This document shows, in pieces, positions 19,274 through 29,567 of a DNA stretch of 64,000 nt (within the stretch, counting starts at the first letter, position 1; each line of letters begins with the position of its first letter). The position numbers and the translations under genes were made by a program. The DNA is from a virus (Duplodnaviria; Caudoviricetes), in IMG/VR virus record IMGVR_UViG_3300031851_000001; one strand, given 5' to 3'. The notes under the pieces are model-generated. The model was not told the DNA's origin and ran no database searches. It saw only the letters and a list, made by a program, of their open reading frames with translations.

Positions 19274-19900
19274 TTAAACATTGTGGTTATATATTGTGCG
19301 ATCATCACCGCGTGTATTGTAGAAATACTTTATACGTCGTACACCATCGTGGTCAGTTGTCCAGTTATTAGAGAACTTTTCTTGACATGGTCTGAGGTTT
19401 TGGCGTATCGTATCAAAAGGTACAACAGCGCGCCAACGAACGTCGTAAGTGTTTTCAGATAGTTTATTATAACAGCCAAAGATGATAATGTCAACACATT
19501 TTGGGTACAATCTGCGATTTCTTGCTAATTTATTTGCCATATAGTTTGGTATAGTCAACCATTTCTTTTCCATATGGTTTGGTAATGTTCCGGGATCTTG
19601 TGAGTTTTTAACCTCAGCTCTCCAACGGTTCCACTCAACATCCCAATTATGAGTTTCAGGTTTGGTGTAGTCAAATTCAGCAGGGTTCATAACAGCACCT
19701 TGACGTACTAAAGCAAACTCTAGTATAACGCCTGCATAAGTATGTGCTAAGACGGTTGAATGACTTCTTCCACGTCGACGGGTTGGACACTCAAACATTT
19801 CTTGTGCCATAGTTTGAATGTGAGAAACCTCACCCTCGTTTAACTCGAGGATAAGGGGTTCTGGGAGTTTTAGCGGGAGTTGTAAAGAAGACTCAGACAC
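19274..19900 (-). CDS. Hypothetical, possible PD-(D/E)xK nuclease
   Basis: E...WDV...AEVK spacing. Confidence 0.4.
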   Translation of the reverse strand: MSESSLQLPLKLPEPLILELNEGEVSHIQTMAQEMFECPTRRRGRSHSTVLAHTYAGVILEFALVRQGAVMNPAEFDYTKPETHNWDVEWNRWRAEVKNSQDPGTLPNHMEKKWLTIPNYMANKLARNRRLYPKCVDIIIFGCYNKLSENTYDVRWRAVVPFDTIRQNLRPCQEKFSNNWTTDHDGVRRIKYFYNTRGDDRTIYNHNV

Positions 19901-20132
19901 TGTTATAGTGCTTTTTCCAAGTTGAACCTATGGTACCATAACCGGAACCAGACATATAAACTTGCCACATAATACGTGATACCTCACGTGAACTATTGGC
20001 TTTATCTAAATCGTAGATAAGTCTATTGTGTACAACTTTTTTAGTTTTCTTTACATCAATAAGATTATTTGCAGCTTCTCGAGCTTCAGTCAATTCCATC
20101 TTATCTAATTTTTGAAGTATTTCTAAATCCAT
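19893..20132 (-). CDS. Hypothetical protein
   Basis: 79-aa packed ORF. Confidence 0.7.
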   Translation of the reverse strand: MDLEILQKLDKMELTEAREAANNLIDVKKTKKVVHNRLIYDLDKANSSREVSRIMWQVYMSGSGYGTIGSTWKKHYNSV

Positions 20133-20428
20133 TATCTATCCCATACATTGTTATAACGATTGCGCTCATATACATATACATCAGCATGTGTAGCATATGG
20201 TAAAGGCAAACCTTGGTTATACATACGACCATTATGTCCTCTTGGACCACGACCTTGAAGTTTTACATACTTTTTTGTTTCATCAGGATATGCAGTGTTA
20301 GCAAGTTTAACAACAGTTCTTAGACCGTCTACTGCAGCCTGATCTTCAGCAACTGGTTTACCATCAAGCATTTTTACGGTAAAACGGTATGCAGTTGAAT
20401 TGCGATTTTTTGTAGTATATGTAGTCAT
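20132..20428 (-). CDS. Hypothetical protein (early)
   Basis: 98 aa, SD, directly after an early promoter. Confidence 0.75.
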   Translation of the reverse strand: MTTYTTKNRNSTAYRFTVKMLDGKPVAEDQAAVDGLRTVVKLANTAYPDETKKYVKLQGRGPRGHNGRMYNQGLPLPYATHADVYVYERNRYNNVWDR

Positions 20429-20455
20429 GATATAGTTTCCTTATTTGTTGATTCT

Positions 20456-20490
20456 AATATAACTGATTCTATTGAGAATGTCAATAGTTA
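20456..20490 (-). promoter_or_regulatory. Early promoter, GANTC class (copy 1)
   Basis: TTGACA-ttctcaaTAGAATCAGT-TATATT. Confidence 0.9.
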
Positions 20491-20856
20491 ATTTAATATC
20501 ATATCAACTTTTTTCTTAAATACGATTTCAGCTTCATCCCATGAAGCGAATGAATTACTTGACAATCCATCTAATGTTTTTACATCTTTTACGAAGTTTG
20601 TTCCATTAGCATATACCATTTCGCCATACATATATGAGTTTTTATTAAAGCCTTCATCATCTTCGTATAATTCGTTTACACAAACATAACCGTTATGCTG
20701 ACAAATGAATTCGTCAAAGCTATTAAGACTTCTTATGTTATCTACATGATTGCCTACTTCGTCGCCAACTTTAGTACACATGGCAAGAGCGTCTTCTAAT
20801 CGAGATGCCATTCCAACCGTATTTGATGGAAAGGTATTTGATTTAATTGTAAACAT
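20488..20856 (-). CDS. Hypothetical protein (early)
   Basis: 122 aa, SD, after an early promoter. Confidence 0.75.
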   Translation of the reverse strand: MFTIKSNTFPSNTVGMASRLEDALAMCTKVGDEVGNHVDNIRSLNSFDEFICQHNGYVCVNELYEDDEGFNKNSYMYGEMVYANGTNFVKDVKTLDGLSSNSFASWDEAEIVFKKKVDMILN

Positions 20857-20883
20857 ACTATTTTCCTTTTGTTGTTATATACT

Positions 20884-20919
20884 ATTATAACTGATTCTAA
20901 AAGGAATGTCAATAGTTAA
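20884..20919 (-). promoter_or_regulatory. Early promoter, GANTC class (copy 2)
   Basis: TTGACA-ttcctttTAGAATCAGT-TATAAT. Confidence 0.9.
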
Positions 20920-21161
20920 TCGTAGCCGAGTCGAGCCACGCTTTTCATTTCTAATGTAAGGAGTTCTTGTACACGATTTTCATATGCTACTTCAAAACCT
21001 TCAAGTGCATATTGGGATCTTTCGTGGTTTCCCCATAGTCTTTTAAAATAACTATCATAAAGGTATTCAACAACTGAGTCTGGTTCTGACTTATCAATCA
21101 GTTGACCTTTCACCATCCAATTCAAACGGTTGGCTTCTTTACGTACTTCTGGTGAGCACAT
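20916..21161 (-). CDS. Hypothetical protein
   Basis: 81 aa with GGAGG SD. Confidence 0.75.
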   Translation of the reverse strand: MCSPEVRKEANRLNWMVKGQLIDKSEPDSVVEYLYDSYFKRLWGNHERSQYALEGFEVAYENRVQELLTLEMKSVARLGYD

Positions 21162-21234
21162 AGTGGGACCTCCTATATAAACAATGTAATATTATTTATG
21201 TTTTGGAGGTACCCACCAGCCGCTGTGTTAGCGG
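21159..21234 (-). promoter_or_regulatory. SD-sequestering leader with internal late-type promoter
   Basis: GUGGGUACCUCC (21216-21205) pairs with GGAGGUCCCAC (21173-21163). CATAAATA (21200-21193) lies in the loop. Confidence 0.55.
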
Positions 21235-21255
21235 TAACATTTAAATTTATTTTAA

Positions 21256-22221
21256 TTAAATTGGATTAATTACATAATGAATAAGTAATACCAACGCTAC
21301 TGAGGCGCCAAGACCAACCATCATTTTACCAAAGTCTTTAGCAACTAATGGAAATACTGATTTGGTTTTTCTTTTACCAAAGTATGTTGCCATAGCCAAC
21401 TCACGTCCTGCTAATAGCCCAACGAAAACCCATGTTGTACTCATAGGAATATCATTTAGTTCTTTAAAGAAATATAAACATAGCCAGTAAAACAAGTCAA
21501 TCAATGTCGCTGATCTTACATATCGAGTATTATGTTTCTCTAATACAATTTGTTGGATTTTACCACCACGTTCTCTAAACATAAAGAACAATCCACCAAC
21601 AAATACAAATGATATAAGTATCATTAAATCTACTGGTACTTGACGTGGTAAGAACACCGCAATGTTAGCAATGTCATGCGATAACCAAGTATACCATAAA
21701 CCACCAGTAGCAAGCCACTGAGCAATACGCCAAAACTTTTTATTGCCTTCACTTATAGGTGCCGTTTCATCATACCATCTACCAAAGTATTTGTGAATTA
21801 TAAACCATACTGCATAAGCAAACCCTGCAGCTACACCATAACCCATAATGGATTTCATTAGCATCTTTTCTAATACAAAGGTGCTAGCAAATACTGATAA
21901 GACTAAGAATGATGTTGAAACTGGTACACCTAATCGAGTCAATGCAACTAGAATTGCAGGTGCTGCAGCATGGTACCATTGTACTTCTTGCCACGGGATT
22001 TTATTCAAACGACCATAACTAATGTCACCGCCATTCATCATCCAACCATACCAAAGTGTGGCTAAAAGAACAGAGGACGCTGCTATCCATAATGTTTTAT
22101 AACTAAATCTCTCATTGTTTGATGCCATCCAAGTACCGAGAGTTTGTACTGAATCATTTGCTATAACTGCGTAAGCAGCAAGCAGGAATCCGATTAGACT
22201 CCACATTGTGAGTAGTTCCAT
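21256..22221 (-). CDS. PiT/PHO4-family inorganic phosphate (or sulfate) transporter
   Basis: Multi-TM with duplicated signatures ANDSVQTLG / SHDIAN and GVPVSTS / IPMSTT. Confidence 0.65.
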   Translation of the reverse strand: MELLTMWSLIGFLLAAYAVIANDSVQTLGTWMASNNERFSYKTLWIAASSVLLATLWYGWMMNGGDISYGRLNKIPWQEVQWYHAAAPAILVALTRLGVPVSTSFLVLSVFASTFVLEKMLMKSIMGYGVAAGFAYAVWFIIHKYFGRWYDETAPISEGNKKFWRIAQWLATGGLWYTWLSHDIANIAVFLPRQVPVDLMILISFVFVGGLFFMFRERGGKIQQIVLEKHNTRYVRSATLIDLFYWLCLYFFKELNDIPMSTTWVFVGLLAGRELAMATYFGKRKTKSVFPLVAKDFGKMMVGLGASVALVLLIHYVINPI

Positions 22222-22241
22222 AAATTTCTCCTTTATTGTTT

Positions 22242-22298
22242 GACGTTTTTACCACGTCGCTCACATTAAAAAAGGCAAGGTATTTACCACCTCACCTT
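22242..22298 (-). promoter_or_regulatory. Tandem hairpins with GGUAAAW loops, the first terminator-like
   Basis: AAGGUGAGGU-GGUAAAU-ACCUUGCCUU followed by a U-run, then GACGU-GGUAAAA-ACGUC, upstream of the transporter SD. Confidence 0.55.
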
Positions 22299-22305
22299 AA
22301 TCTAT

Positions 22306-22461
22306 TTATTCTTCACCTAACCAAATATTAATACTTAATAGGTTTTTATCTCTTTTACTTATTGCGTATTCTATATTGAGATCATGTAATGCTTTTCTTA
22401 ACGCTACTAATTTAGTAGGTTCTTTGGGTCTTACCCAGGTTTTTGATGGTTCATCATCCAT
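22306..22461 (-). CDS. Small hypothetical protein (51 aa, not in track)
   Basis: MDDEPSKTWVRPKEPTKLVALRKALHDLNIEYAISKRDKNLLSINIWLGEE. ATG overlaps the upstream stop. Confidence 0.6.
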   Translation of the reverse strand: MDDEPSKTWVRPKEPTKLVALRKALHDLNIEYAISKRDKNLLSINIWLGEE

Positions 22462-22871
22462 TATAGAGCTTTCTTTAAATCGCCGTGGTTACCTTCATGG
22501 CTTGGAGCAGTCCAACCCTCTGGTTTAATCAAGTCAGGTAATCCAAACGGATTTGGCCGACCTTCTTTAACACCAACATCTTTAGCAGCGTTTGCCTCGT
22601 AAACTTTATTCCAAGCCATATTTGCATCAACTCCAAATACATCAAGTGTACCAATAGCGAATACGCACATATCAATTAAACCATCAACAATTTCTTCAGG
22701 ATCTTTGGCTTCAATAGCATCCATCGTTTCCATGAGTTCTTCCTCACACATTGATAAACGAAACTTTAGGTATTTGTCCATCAAGTCTTTATTATCTTTA
22801 TTGGCTTCAAACCATTCTCTGACGCCAAACTTGTTGTGCATCATATACATATCGTTAGCAAAATCGCTCAT
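22461..22871 (-). CDS. MazG-like / PRA-PH NTP pyrophosphohydrolase
   Basis: EELMET, EIVDGLID, VYEANAAK, DLIKPEGWTAP. Confidence 0.85.
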   Translation of the reverse strand: MSDFANDMYMMHNKFGVREWFEANKDNKDLMDKYLKFRLSMCEEELMETMDAIEAKDPEEIVDGLIDMCVFAIGTLDVFGVDANMAWNKVYEANAAKDVGVKEGRPNPFGLPDLIKPEGWTAPSHEGNHGDLKKAL

Positions 22872-22896
22872 ATTATAATCCTTTGTTGTTTATTAG

Positions 22897-22925
22897 ATAG
22901 TACCACACTATCACATATATGTCAA
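22897..22925 (-). promoter_or_regulatory. sigma70 promoter, TGTG-extended class
   Basis: TTGACA-tatatgtgatagtgtgg-TACTAT. Confidence 0.75.
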
Positions 22926-23125
22926 TCAATATTTAAGTTAGATAAGTACATCATCTCATCTTTTAGTTTAAGCTTTTTAACCTTGGCAGCTTTGATAGAT
23001 TTGTCAGGTGCCTTTTCTGCTTCAAGCGCTTCAATCATTTTATGTTGGTTGGCATGTTCTTTAGTTACCAACTCAAGTCTGTACTTTATATCTTCTGCAG
23101 TTTTCATTATGTTCCCCTTATACAA
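22922..23125 (-). CDS. DUF465/YdcH-like small coiled-coil protein
   Basis: H..L...I...E...LKxxKLKLKDE pattern. Confidence 0.65.
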   Translation of the reverse strand: MYKGNIMKTAEDIKYRLELVTKEHANQHKMIEALEAEKAPDKSIKAAKVKKLKLKDEMMYLSNLNID

Positions 23126-25661
23126 AGAAGCTGTCTACGGTGTTTACTTTTTCAGCGGACCAACCGACAGCATCGAGGATCGCCTCTAACGGAGTTAGGA
23201 ATACTTTTTCAAATTGCTTTTCATAGTCAATGTATTTAGCCAATTCCATTTCAGGTGGTAGTACACCCGGAAACGATATGATGTTTTCTTTGATTGGATT
23301 TGGCGTCTTAAGGTATACGAACTTGATTTTGTCGCCACCATTAATTTCGTTATAACGTTTTTGCAGCTTGGCTTGTTTCATATAATGATTATATAGAATA
23401 GCACCACGTACGTGCATAGGACAACCTTTTTTGTATAGGGATCCACTTTCACGATACTTGTCGATGTTATCAGTACCAGAGTTTTTAGCAATATCCTCTG
23501 CGCCAAGATTAAAGAATTTAGATTTAAAATCTGCAATGAATTGTTGAGTTGCTTCTTCACCTTCGTTCATAATAATTTTAAACGATTTCTTTAACTCTTC
23601 ACGACATACTTCTGGCGTTGATGAACGAACTGATTCCAAACCAGTTACTGATACCTTAGGCTCGTCATAGTGAACACCTTCAGAGTTAAGCGTATTCATA
23701 ATGTAACGTTTCTTGGCAATGAACACAGACTTATCAGTAATCTTTTCTCGTTTCATTCCCATCGCTTGGCGATAAGCACCCATCTTTTTAGCAAGCTCTT
23801 CGTAACCAGCTTCAAGTACTGGCTCAATTTTCATTTGGCAAACTTTATCAAGGAACTCCTCGCCTTTCTTACGGTCAACATCGACAGTACCAAAAGCGTT
23901 TTCAACGATAGGAGCCATATCAACATAGATAGAGTCAGTATCAATATAAACAATATAATCTTTATCGGTTTTCAATATTTTATTGAGATAATCGTTTACT
24001 GATTTCTGAGCATATCGGATTGATAATTGACCAGATGTAGTAATCGCTTCAGCCATATCGTTAATATAGTATAGGAAGTAAATGTTTGCCATAGCGCCAT
24101 ACAATGAGTTCATACTAATTTTGATAGCCATCTGAGCATTATGTAATTGGTTTGCTTCACGTTTCAAACGTTTGATTTCGCTTGGATCAGTTGCATCCTC
24201 AAGTTGTTGCTCGACCTTTAACATATTCTTTTTAATCACGGTACGATTACCATAGTATTCATCAATGATAGATGGAATAATACCTTTAAACTCGTTGGTA
24301 AAGCATGCACCATTTGCTGCTACTGACATTTTCTTATGCTCAGATTGATACGTACCTTTCAATACCATATCTTGGTTTACGAAATCTCGTTCATCAGATA
24401 GGTACGTTTCTGGCGACATATTATATTGTAGCATAAGGTGTGGATACAGAGAGTTCAAATCAAAAGATACAATCCAAGGATGCATACCAACTTTTGGATC
24501 TTTAACATAACCGCCGACAAGTTCGCCAGCACGTTGCCCAGGACCGCCTTTGATTGGTGGTACACGACCATCAAGTATTAGTTTACGATATAAAGTTGTT
24601 TCCCATATACCAACCGTACCAAATGCATCATTATAGTTCACACCGCCGCCATAAGCAACAGTCATAACCAACTGAAGCAGCGAGGTTTCATCCTCAAATC
24701 TTTGAATAAGCCACGTATCTTTAAGGTTATAGTCGAGATATAGTTGAGGGTTTTGTTCGTACAAAGCATTAAGGTTACCATACTCAGAGTAATCTAATTT
24801 CTTTTCACCAAGTACAACATATGCGATGTGGTCAAGTTTCCACGACTCTTGTGGTCCATACTTATAACCAAACTTTTTGAAGCAGTCCATATAATCAACA
24901 ACCGCCATACCACCAATCTGATATGTGTTTTGCATCTTACCAAAGAACTCGCGACCAGTTTGTCGAATATTACGCCAAGGAGATAAATCTTTAATCCAAT
25001 CTTCACCAAACATATTTTTCATACGTGTAATAATATATTGAATGTCAAAATACTCTACGTTCCAACCTGTAACAATATCAGGATAGTCATTAATCCATAA
25101 CTCTTTAAAGCGTTTGAGCAAAGCTTGCTCTGTATCAAACTTCATAAAGTGAATGTTATCTGGATCAATGTCAAGTAAAGTTTTACTTTTATCATAATCT
25201 TTACGACCAAGCAAATGGTAGTCTGAAGACTTTGAAGATTTATAAGCGATAGATGTAATTTCTTTATCAGCAAAGTCAACATCAGGATAACCATCCGCAA
25301 TGTCAACCTCGATGTCAAATGATACGATATTGATTTTAGATGGATCAAAGTTGATGTTGTTTGGATATTCTTGTTGAATAAACTGAGCTACATAATTTGA
25401 ACTACCTGCGATAGTCATGCCATGTACGTCTTTGTAACGTTCAATAAATTCTTTGGCTTCTCTCATGCCATCTTGTTTCATTGGCATCAAAGGTATGTCA
25501 CCTTGGAGCGAACGAAAATTGGATGGGGCTCCATCTTTGGTGTTACAATATAACGTAGGCTCAAATTGAACCTTCTTAGAAAACCGTTTACCATTGGCGT
25601 CATAACCACGCCACAGAATGTTTTGGCCGAAGCGTTCGACCGATGTATAAAATTTAGACAT
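23118..25661 (-). CDS. gp43: Family B DNA polymerase gp43
   Basis: SFDIEV exonuclease motif, [29 protein letters not shown]. Uninterrupted. Confidence 0.97.
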   Translation of the reverse strand: MSKFYTSVERFGQNILWRGYDANGKRFSKKVQFEPTLYCNTKDGAPSNFRSLQGDIPLMPMKQDGMREAKEFIERYKDVHGMTIAGSSNYVAQFIQQEYPNNINFDPSKINIVSFDIEVDIADGYPDVDFADKEITSIAYKSSKSSDYHLLGRKDYDKSKTLLDIDPDNIHFMKFDTEQALLKRFKELWINDYPDIVTGWNVEYFDIQYIITRMKNMFGEDWIKDLSPWRNIRQTGREFFGKMQNTYQIGGMAVVDYMDCFKKFGYKYGPQESWKLDHIAYVVLGEKKLDYSEYGNLNALYEQNPQLYLDYNLKDTWLIQRFEDETSLLQLVMTVAYGGGVNYNDAFGTVGIWETTLYRKLILDGRVPPIKGGPGQRAGELVGGYVKDPKVGMHPWIVSFDLNSLYPHLMLQYNMSPETYLSDERDFVNQDMVLKGTYQSEHKKMSVAANGACFTNEFKGIIPSIIDEYYGNRTVIKKNMLKVEQQLEDATDPSEIKRLKREANQLHNAQMAIKISMNSLYGAMANIYFLYYINDMAEAITTSGQLSIRYAQKSVNDYLNKILKTDKDYIVYIDTDSIYVDMAPIVENAFGTVDVDRKKGEEFLDKVCQMKIEPVLEAGYEELAKKMGAYRQAMGMKREKITDKSVFIAKKRYIMNTLNSEGVHYDEPKVSVTGLESVRSSTPEVCREELKKSFKIIMNEGEEATQQFIADFKSKFFNLGAEDIAKNSGTDNIDKYRESGSLYKKGCPMHVRGAILYNHYMKQAKLQKRYNEINGGDKIKFVYLKTPNPIKENIISFPGVLPPEMELAKYIDYEKQFEKVFLTPLEAILDAVGWSAEKVNTVDSFFV

Positions 25662-25688
25662 GTGTATCCTTAAACATAATATAAAATA

Positions 25689-25717
25689 ATACTAACACAG
25701 TTTGTTAGCAATGTCAA
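25689..25717 (-). promoter_or_regulatory. sigma70 promoter of gp43, TGTG class
   Basis: TTGACA-ttgctaacaaactgtgt-TAGTAT. Confidence 0.75.
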
Positions 25718-25944
25718 TCTTTTTCTTTCCAAGAATCCATTTCAGTAATAATTTCATCGCCATCCTTGTCATTAGCAATACCCAGCGCCATTGCTTGTAT
25801 ATCGTCAATAAGATTTTGGCAGGCAGCCTTGTCATATTGTTTATAAGAGATTTCAGAAAACTCGTTACGAACTCTATGTAACAAGATTGCTTTATCTTTC
25901 ATTACGCTTATTCTTTTGATTAAATCTTCTATACTATGGCGCAT
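25714..25944 (-). CDS. Hypothetical protein
   Basis: 76-aa packed ORF. Confidence 0.7.
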   Translation of the reverse strand: MRHSIEDLIKRISVMKDKAILLHRVRNEFSEISYKQYDKAACQNLIDDIQAMALGIANDKDGDEIITEMDSWKEKD

Positions 25945-25953
25945 CTGCTACTC

Positions 25954-27666
25954 CTACGCTGTTATTTCGCTAAAGTTCTTTACCTTTTTAAAGCGAATAT
26001 GATTATCAAATTTATCACCAAACTGGTGACCACGGTGTGAGATAACAAAGATGTTATCATCTGCGTTAAGATTATGTAACGTATCAATCAAACTTTCAAT
26101 GCCAACACCATCAAGTGCTCCATCTAACGTTTCGTCAAGCAATAATAAATTAGTTGATACTGAGTTACGAAGTTTGGCAACTGAACGCCAAGCCAACATA
26201 ATCGCTAAGGTAATTCTAAGCTTTTCGCCTTCTGAAAACGAAGCATAAGAAAAAGCATCACGGAAACGAGATTTGATTACTTCATTAAAGTTTTCATCTA
26301 ATTGAAAGTCAACGAACAACTCAAACGATCCAAGGTACTTATTAATTAATTTATTCATTATTGGAATATATTGTCTGATAATACGAGTTTTAATACCACC
26401 ATCACGTAACATAGCTTGAACAACAGTAAGTACTTCTCTATCATCAAACAGGTCTTGCTGTTCAACTTCTGTACTCTTAAGTCTATCACTAATCTCTTGC
26501 AGCTTTGTAGTATCAACAGCTTCAACTTGTTCTTCAGCAGATACCAATTCATTCTTATATGATACTAACGCATTCTTTGCCACCTTAATAGTAGCACGTT
26601 GGTCGCCAATACTAAGATTAATATCTCTCATTTGATCTTCAAGTACTGATATAGCCTCTAAACGATCTTCGTAAGCCTTTGCCTTTTCGGCTAGTTGTTT
26701 TAAACCAGTTTCCAATTCAGCAAGCTTAGTATCCTTTTCACTTATAATACCGGCTTTAAATTCGTGTTCAATGCCTTGCTTACATGTTGGACAATCATCA
26801 TGGTCTTGATAAAAAGATAACTCTTGTTGATGCGAACGTACTTGGCTTTCAATATCTCGTCGTAATGACTTAGCCTTTTCAGACTTTGTTTTCATTTCAG
26901 GTTTATCTTTAACATCATCTAAAACTGTTTGTAAAACATCTTCTTGTCCACTTATTACTTGTTTAGCATCTTCAATTTCTTTGATGTGGACAGCCATCTT
27001 TTCACGGATTTTTTCAACCTCGTCTTCGCGTATTTTACGAATAGAGGCGTTATGTTCTTTAGCAGAGCTTAACTTTGATTCCATTAAATCCATCTGATAA
27101 CTGTTTTCAGTAATTGATTCTTTATTACCAGATACACGATCCTTAAGCAACGTATTCATAGTACTAAATACTTGAATATCTAATAGATCCTCGATGATTT
27201 CTCTACGTGAGTGAGCAGGTAATTCCATAAACGGAACATATGTTGCGCTACCAAGAATAACAATCTGGTTAAAAGATTTATAATTTAGATTAAGAATGTT
27301 TTGCTCAAGATAAGCTTGATAATCTTTTGAGGCAGCATCTTGGTTTATCATTACGTTATCTTTCCAAATTTCAAATATATTTGGTTTGATACCACGACGT
27401 ATTAGATAATTAACAGTACCAACAGAAAACGTAATCTCAACTTGAGCCTCACGTGCGTTGATAGTATTAATCAATTGGTTTTTATTGACTTTGCGAAATG
27501 CTCTACCATATAAAGCAAAAACAATAGCATCAAGTAATGTAGACTTTCCGCTGCCGTTTGTGCCACTGATAAGAGTAGTTCGGTCTTGATCTAAACGTAC
27601 TTCAGACCAAGCGTTACCTGATGATAGCAGGTTTTTATATTTTATTGTCTTAAATGTTATTTTCAT
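25954..27666 (-). CDS. gp46: Recombination endonuclease subunit gp46 (Rad50-like)
   Basis: GTNGSGKST, CPTC hook, SFSEGEK, LLLLDE. Confidence 0.96.
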   Translation of the reverse strand: MKITFKTIKYKNLLSSGNAWSEVRLDQDRTTLISGTNGSGKSTLLDAIVFALYGRAFRKVNKNQLINTINAREAQVEITFSVGTVNYLIRRGIKPNIFEIWKDNVMINQDAASKDYQAYLEQNILNLNYKSFNQIVILGSATYVPFMELPAHSRREIIEDLLDIQVFSTMNTLLKDRVSGNKESITENSYQMDLMESKLSSAKEHNASIRKIREDEVEKIREKMAVHIKEIEDAKQVISGQEDVLQTVLDDVKDKPEMKTKSEKAKSLRRDIESQVRSHQQELSFYQDHDDCPTCKQGIEHEFKAGIISEKDTKLAELETGLKQLAEKAKAYEDRLEAISVLEDQMRDINLSIGDQRATIKVAKNALVSYKNELVSAEEQVEAVDTTKLQEISDRLKSTEVEQQDLFDDREVLTVVQAMLRDGGIKTRIIRQYIPIMNKLINKYLGSFELFVDFQLDENFNEVIKSRFRDAFSYASFSEGEKLRITLAIMLAWRSVAKLRNSVSTNLLLLDETLDGALDGVGIESLIDTLHNLNADDNIFVISHRGHQFGDKFDNHIRFKKVKNFSEITA

Positions 27667-28727
27667 TAAATGCTCTGCGCTTCCAAATATAGTTCATCAA
27701 TCAATTCTTTAATCTTTTGCTTATTAGATTTCGTATCAATAGATTCAATATAATCATGTAAAATATCTTTAGTATCTTTTGTTTCATCAAGTATTTCATC
27801 AACACCAGCATCACCTAAGTTAAGTGAGTCTTCTATCGACTTAACGTCGCTTGCGCCAGCATCAGTAAGTTTATTTAAAAACAAATCATATATGTATGGA
27901 TTAGTTCTATTCTTAACAATAACCTTAATGTACGAGTCTTTAATATTAGTCAAATCTAAATGAGCAATATCTTCAATAGTCATATCAGCATCATCATAGT
28001 CAATTTTATGGTAAATACAGAAAGGATTTAAAATCCATTCCAACTCACGCGTTTCAGTATCTAAAATGCGGAAGCCACGTTTACCTTGATAATCAGACCA
28101 TGTCATTTCATATGGAGCACCAAGATAGTTAATGTTACCATATTCAGATGGATGGTGGAAATGACCAGAATAAACTTGTTCATAACTACCAAACAATTCT
28201 TTAGTTAGACCATGATCACAAATCGCACCCTTCAGCATTTCAAAACCAATAATATCAAAGTGACCCATACATATATGAGCACTTGATTTACGTATGGCGT
28301 CTAAACATACTTCAGAATTTGTTTTCGTAATCCATGGTACCATTATAACATTAGTTGACCCAAATGTCAACTCAACAGGTTCTTCACGATATATGTTGAA
28401 GTTTGTATACTCTTGGAGTAACAAGTTCATTGAGTTAACTTCATTTGTGTTTGTATAATATACGGAGTGATTACCTACAACTGCATGGTATTCAATGTCA
28501 CGCTTTTGTAGTTCATCAAAGAAAAACTTTTTAGCCCTATCAAGTGTAACATAATTGATGTACTTACGACGGTCAAAGGTATCGCCTAGATCCAATACTG
28601 TTTTAATGTTATGTTCATCTAAATGTGGAAAGAACACTTCATTAAAAAACTTTTCTTGATGATCCAGAAATACCTTAGAATCGCCACGCACACCGAGATG
28701 CATGTCTGTAATTATAGCAACCTTCAC
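27666..28727 (-). CDS. gp47: Recombination endonuclease subunit gp47 (Mre11-like)
   Basis: DMHLG, GDTFD, GNH, SGHFH. Confidence 0.96.
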   Translation of the reverse strand: MKVAIITDMHLGVRGDSKVFLDHQEKFFNEVFFPHLDEHNIKTVLDLGDTFDRRKYINYVTLDRAKKFFFDELQKRDIEYHAVVGNHSVYYTNTNEVNSMNLLLQEYTNFNIYREEPVELTFGSTNVIMVPWITKTNSEVCLDAIRKSSAHICMGHFDIIGFEMLKGAICDHGLTKELFGSYEQVYSGHFHHPSEYGNINYLGAPYEMTWSDYQGKRGFRILDTETRELEWILNPFCIYHKIDYDDADMTIEDIAHLDLTNIKDSYIKVIVKNRTNPYIYDLFLNKLTDAGASDVKSIEDSLNLGDAGVDEILDETKDTKDILHDYIESIDTKSNKQKIKELIDELYLEAQSI

Positions 28728-29281
28728 TCTTTAGATTCCTCTTCATTAGCCGCTGCTTCGATTGATTCTTTCTTTTTCGCTTTATCTTTTGCAATCTTAT
28801 CTTCGTAATCTTGAACAAACGAATTCATATAATCAACATTGGTATTAAGATTTAAATTTACTTCATCACCAGAATATGTACCGCCTGATGCAACCATAAC
28901 TTGTGACGATTTAAAACGAATATACATTTGCTTTTTCTCTTTTTGAATACGTCTTAAGAATGCGTACCAAATAATTTGAGTAAAGTATGCAAATGGATTA
29001 GAAGACTTTTCAGAATTAAAGTTACCCATATATAATAGACAATTTTCAATACCATCTGAAATCATATCATCTTTATATGAATATCCACTAAAGTTTGGTT
29101 TTGTCGCAAGTCTTGTTGCGATTTGATAGATGCACTTACCGATATAGTCTGGACACCTTGGTTTTTCGTCACCGGCATCTTCTGCTTCGGTACACGCTTT
29201 TTTATATGCAATTAATGCTTCTAAAAAGTCTGCATTGTTAACATAGTTTCTTTTAGCTCTTTTTGCCATATGGTCAGCCAA
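28724..29281 (-). CDS. gp55: Late-transcription sigma factor gp55
   Basis: YVNNADFL, NFSGYSY..DMISDGIENC, NPFAYFTQI. Confidence 0.96.
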   Translation of the reverse strand: MADHMAKRAKRNYVNNADFLEALIAYKKACTEAEDAGDEKPRCPDYIGKCIYQIATRLATKPNFSGYSYKDDMISDGIENCLLYMGNFNSEKSSNPFAYFTQIIWYAFLRRIQKEKKQMYIRFKSSQVMVASGGTYSGDEVNLNLNTNVDYMNSFVQDYEDKIAKDKAKKKESIEAAANEEESKE

Positions 29282-29477
29282 CCTCCTTATTAATTAATGT
29301 AACTTGTGTTCCATAAGCCCAGTGACCATTATCAAAGTCAAATACACACCAGTCTTTTAAATCGTCTGAAATAGATAACACATCTTCACCATACTTACCA
29401 CCATCTTTTGTAATTTCCATCGATGTAATTCTAGCAAGACCATGCCGAGAATAAGCCAAGTCACCTACTTTAATCAT
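29274..29477 (-). CDS. Hypothetical protein
   Basis: 67 aa, SD, promoter upstream. Confidence 0.7.
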   Translation of the reverse strand: MIKVGDLAYSRHGLARITSMEITKDGGKYGEDVLSISDDLKDWCVFDFDNGHWAYGTQVTLINKEVG

Positions 29478-29504
29478 TCTATTATTCCTATCTGATTCTA
29501 TATA

Positions 29505-29533
29505 ATAATAACATAGTAATCGCGTGGTGTCAA
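29505..29533 (-). promoter_or_regulatory. sigma70 promoter for the gp55-47-46 block
   Basis: TTGACA-17nt-TATTAT, with a TGATTCT site just downstream (29493-29499). Confidence 0.75.
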
Positions 29534-29567
29534 CTAAAACTTTTTTCAGTACTACTACATTTTTCTA

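Noticed and set aside
22222-22310. Pho box upstream of the transporter
   Set aside because: No CTGTCA-type direct repeats at 11-nt spacing.
25661-25700. T4-type autogenous gp43 operator hairpin
   Set aside because: No stem-loop before the SD.
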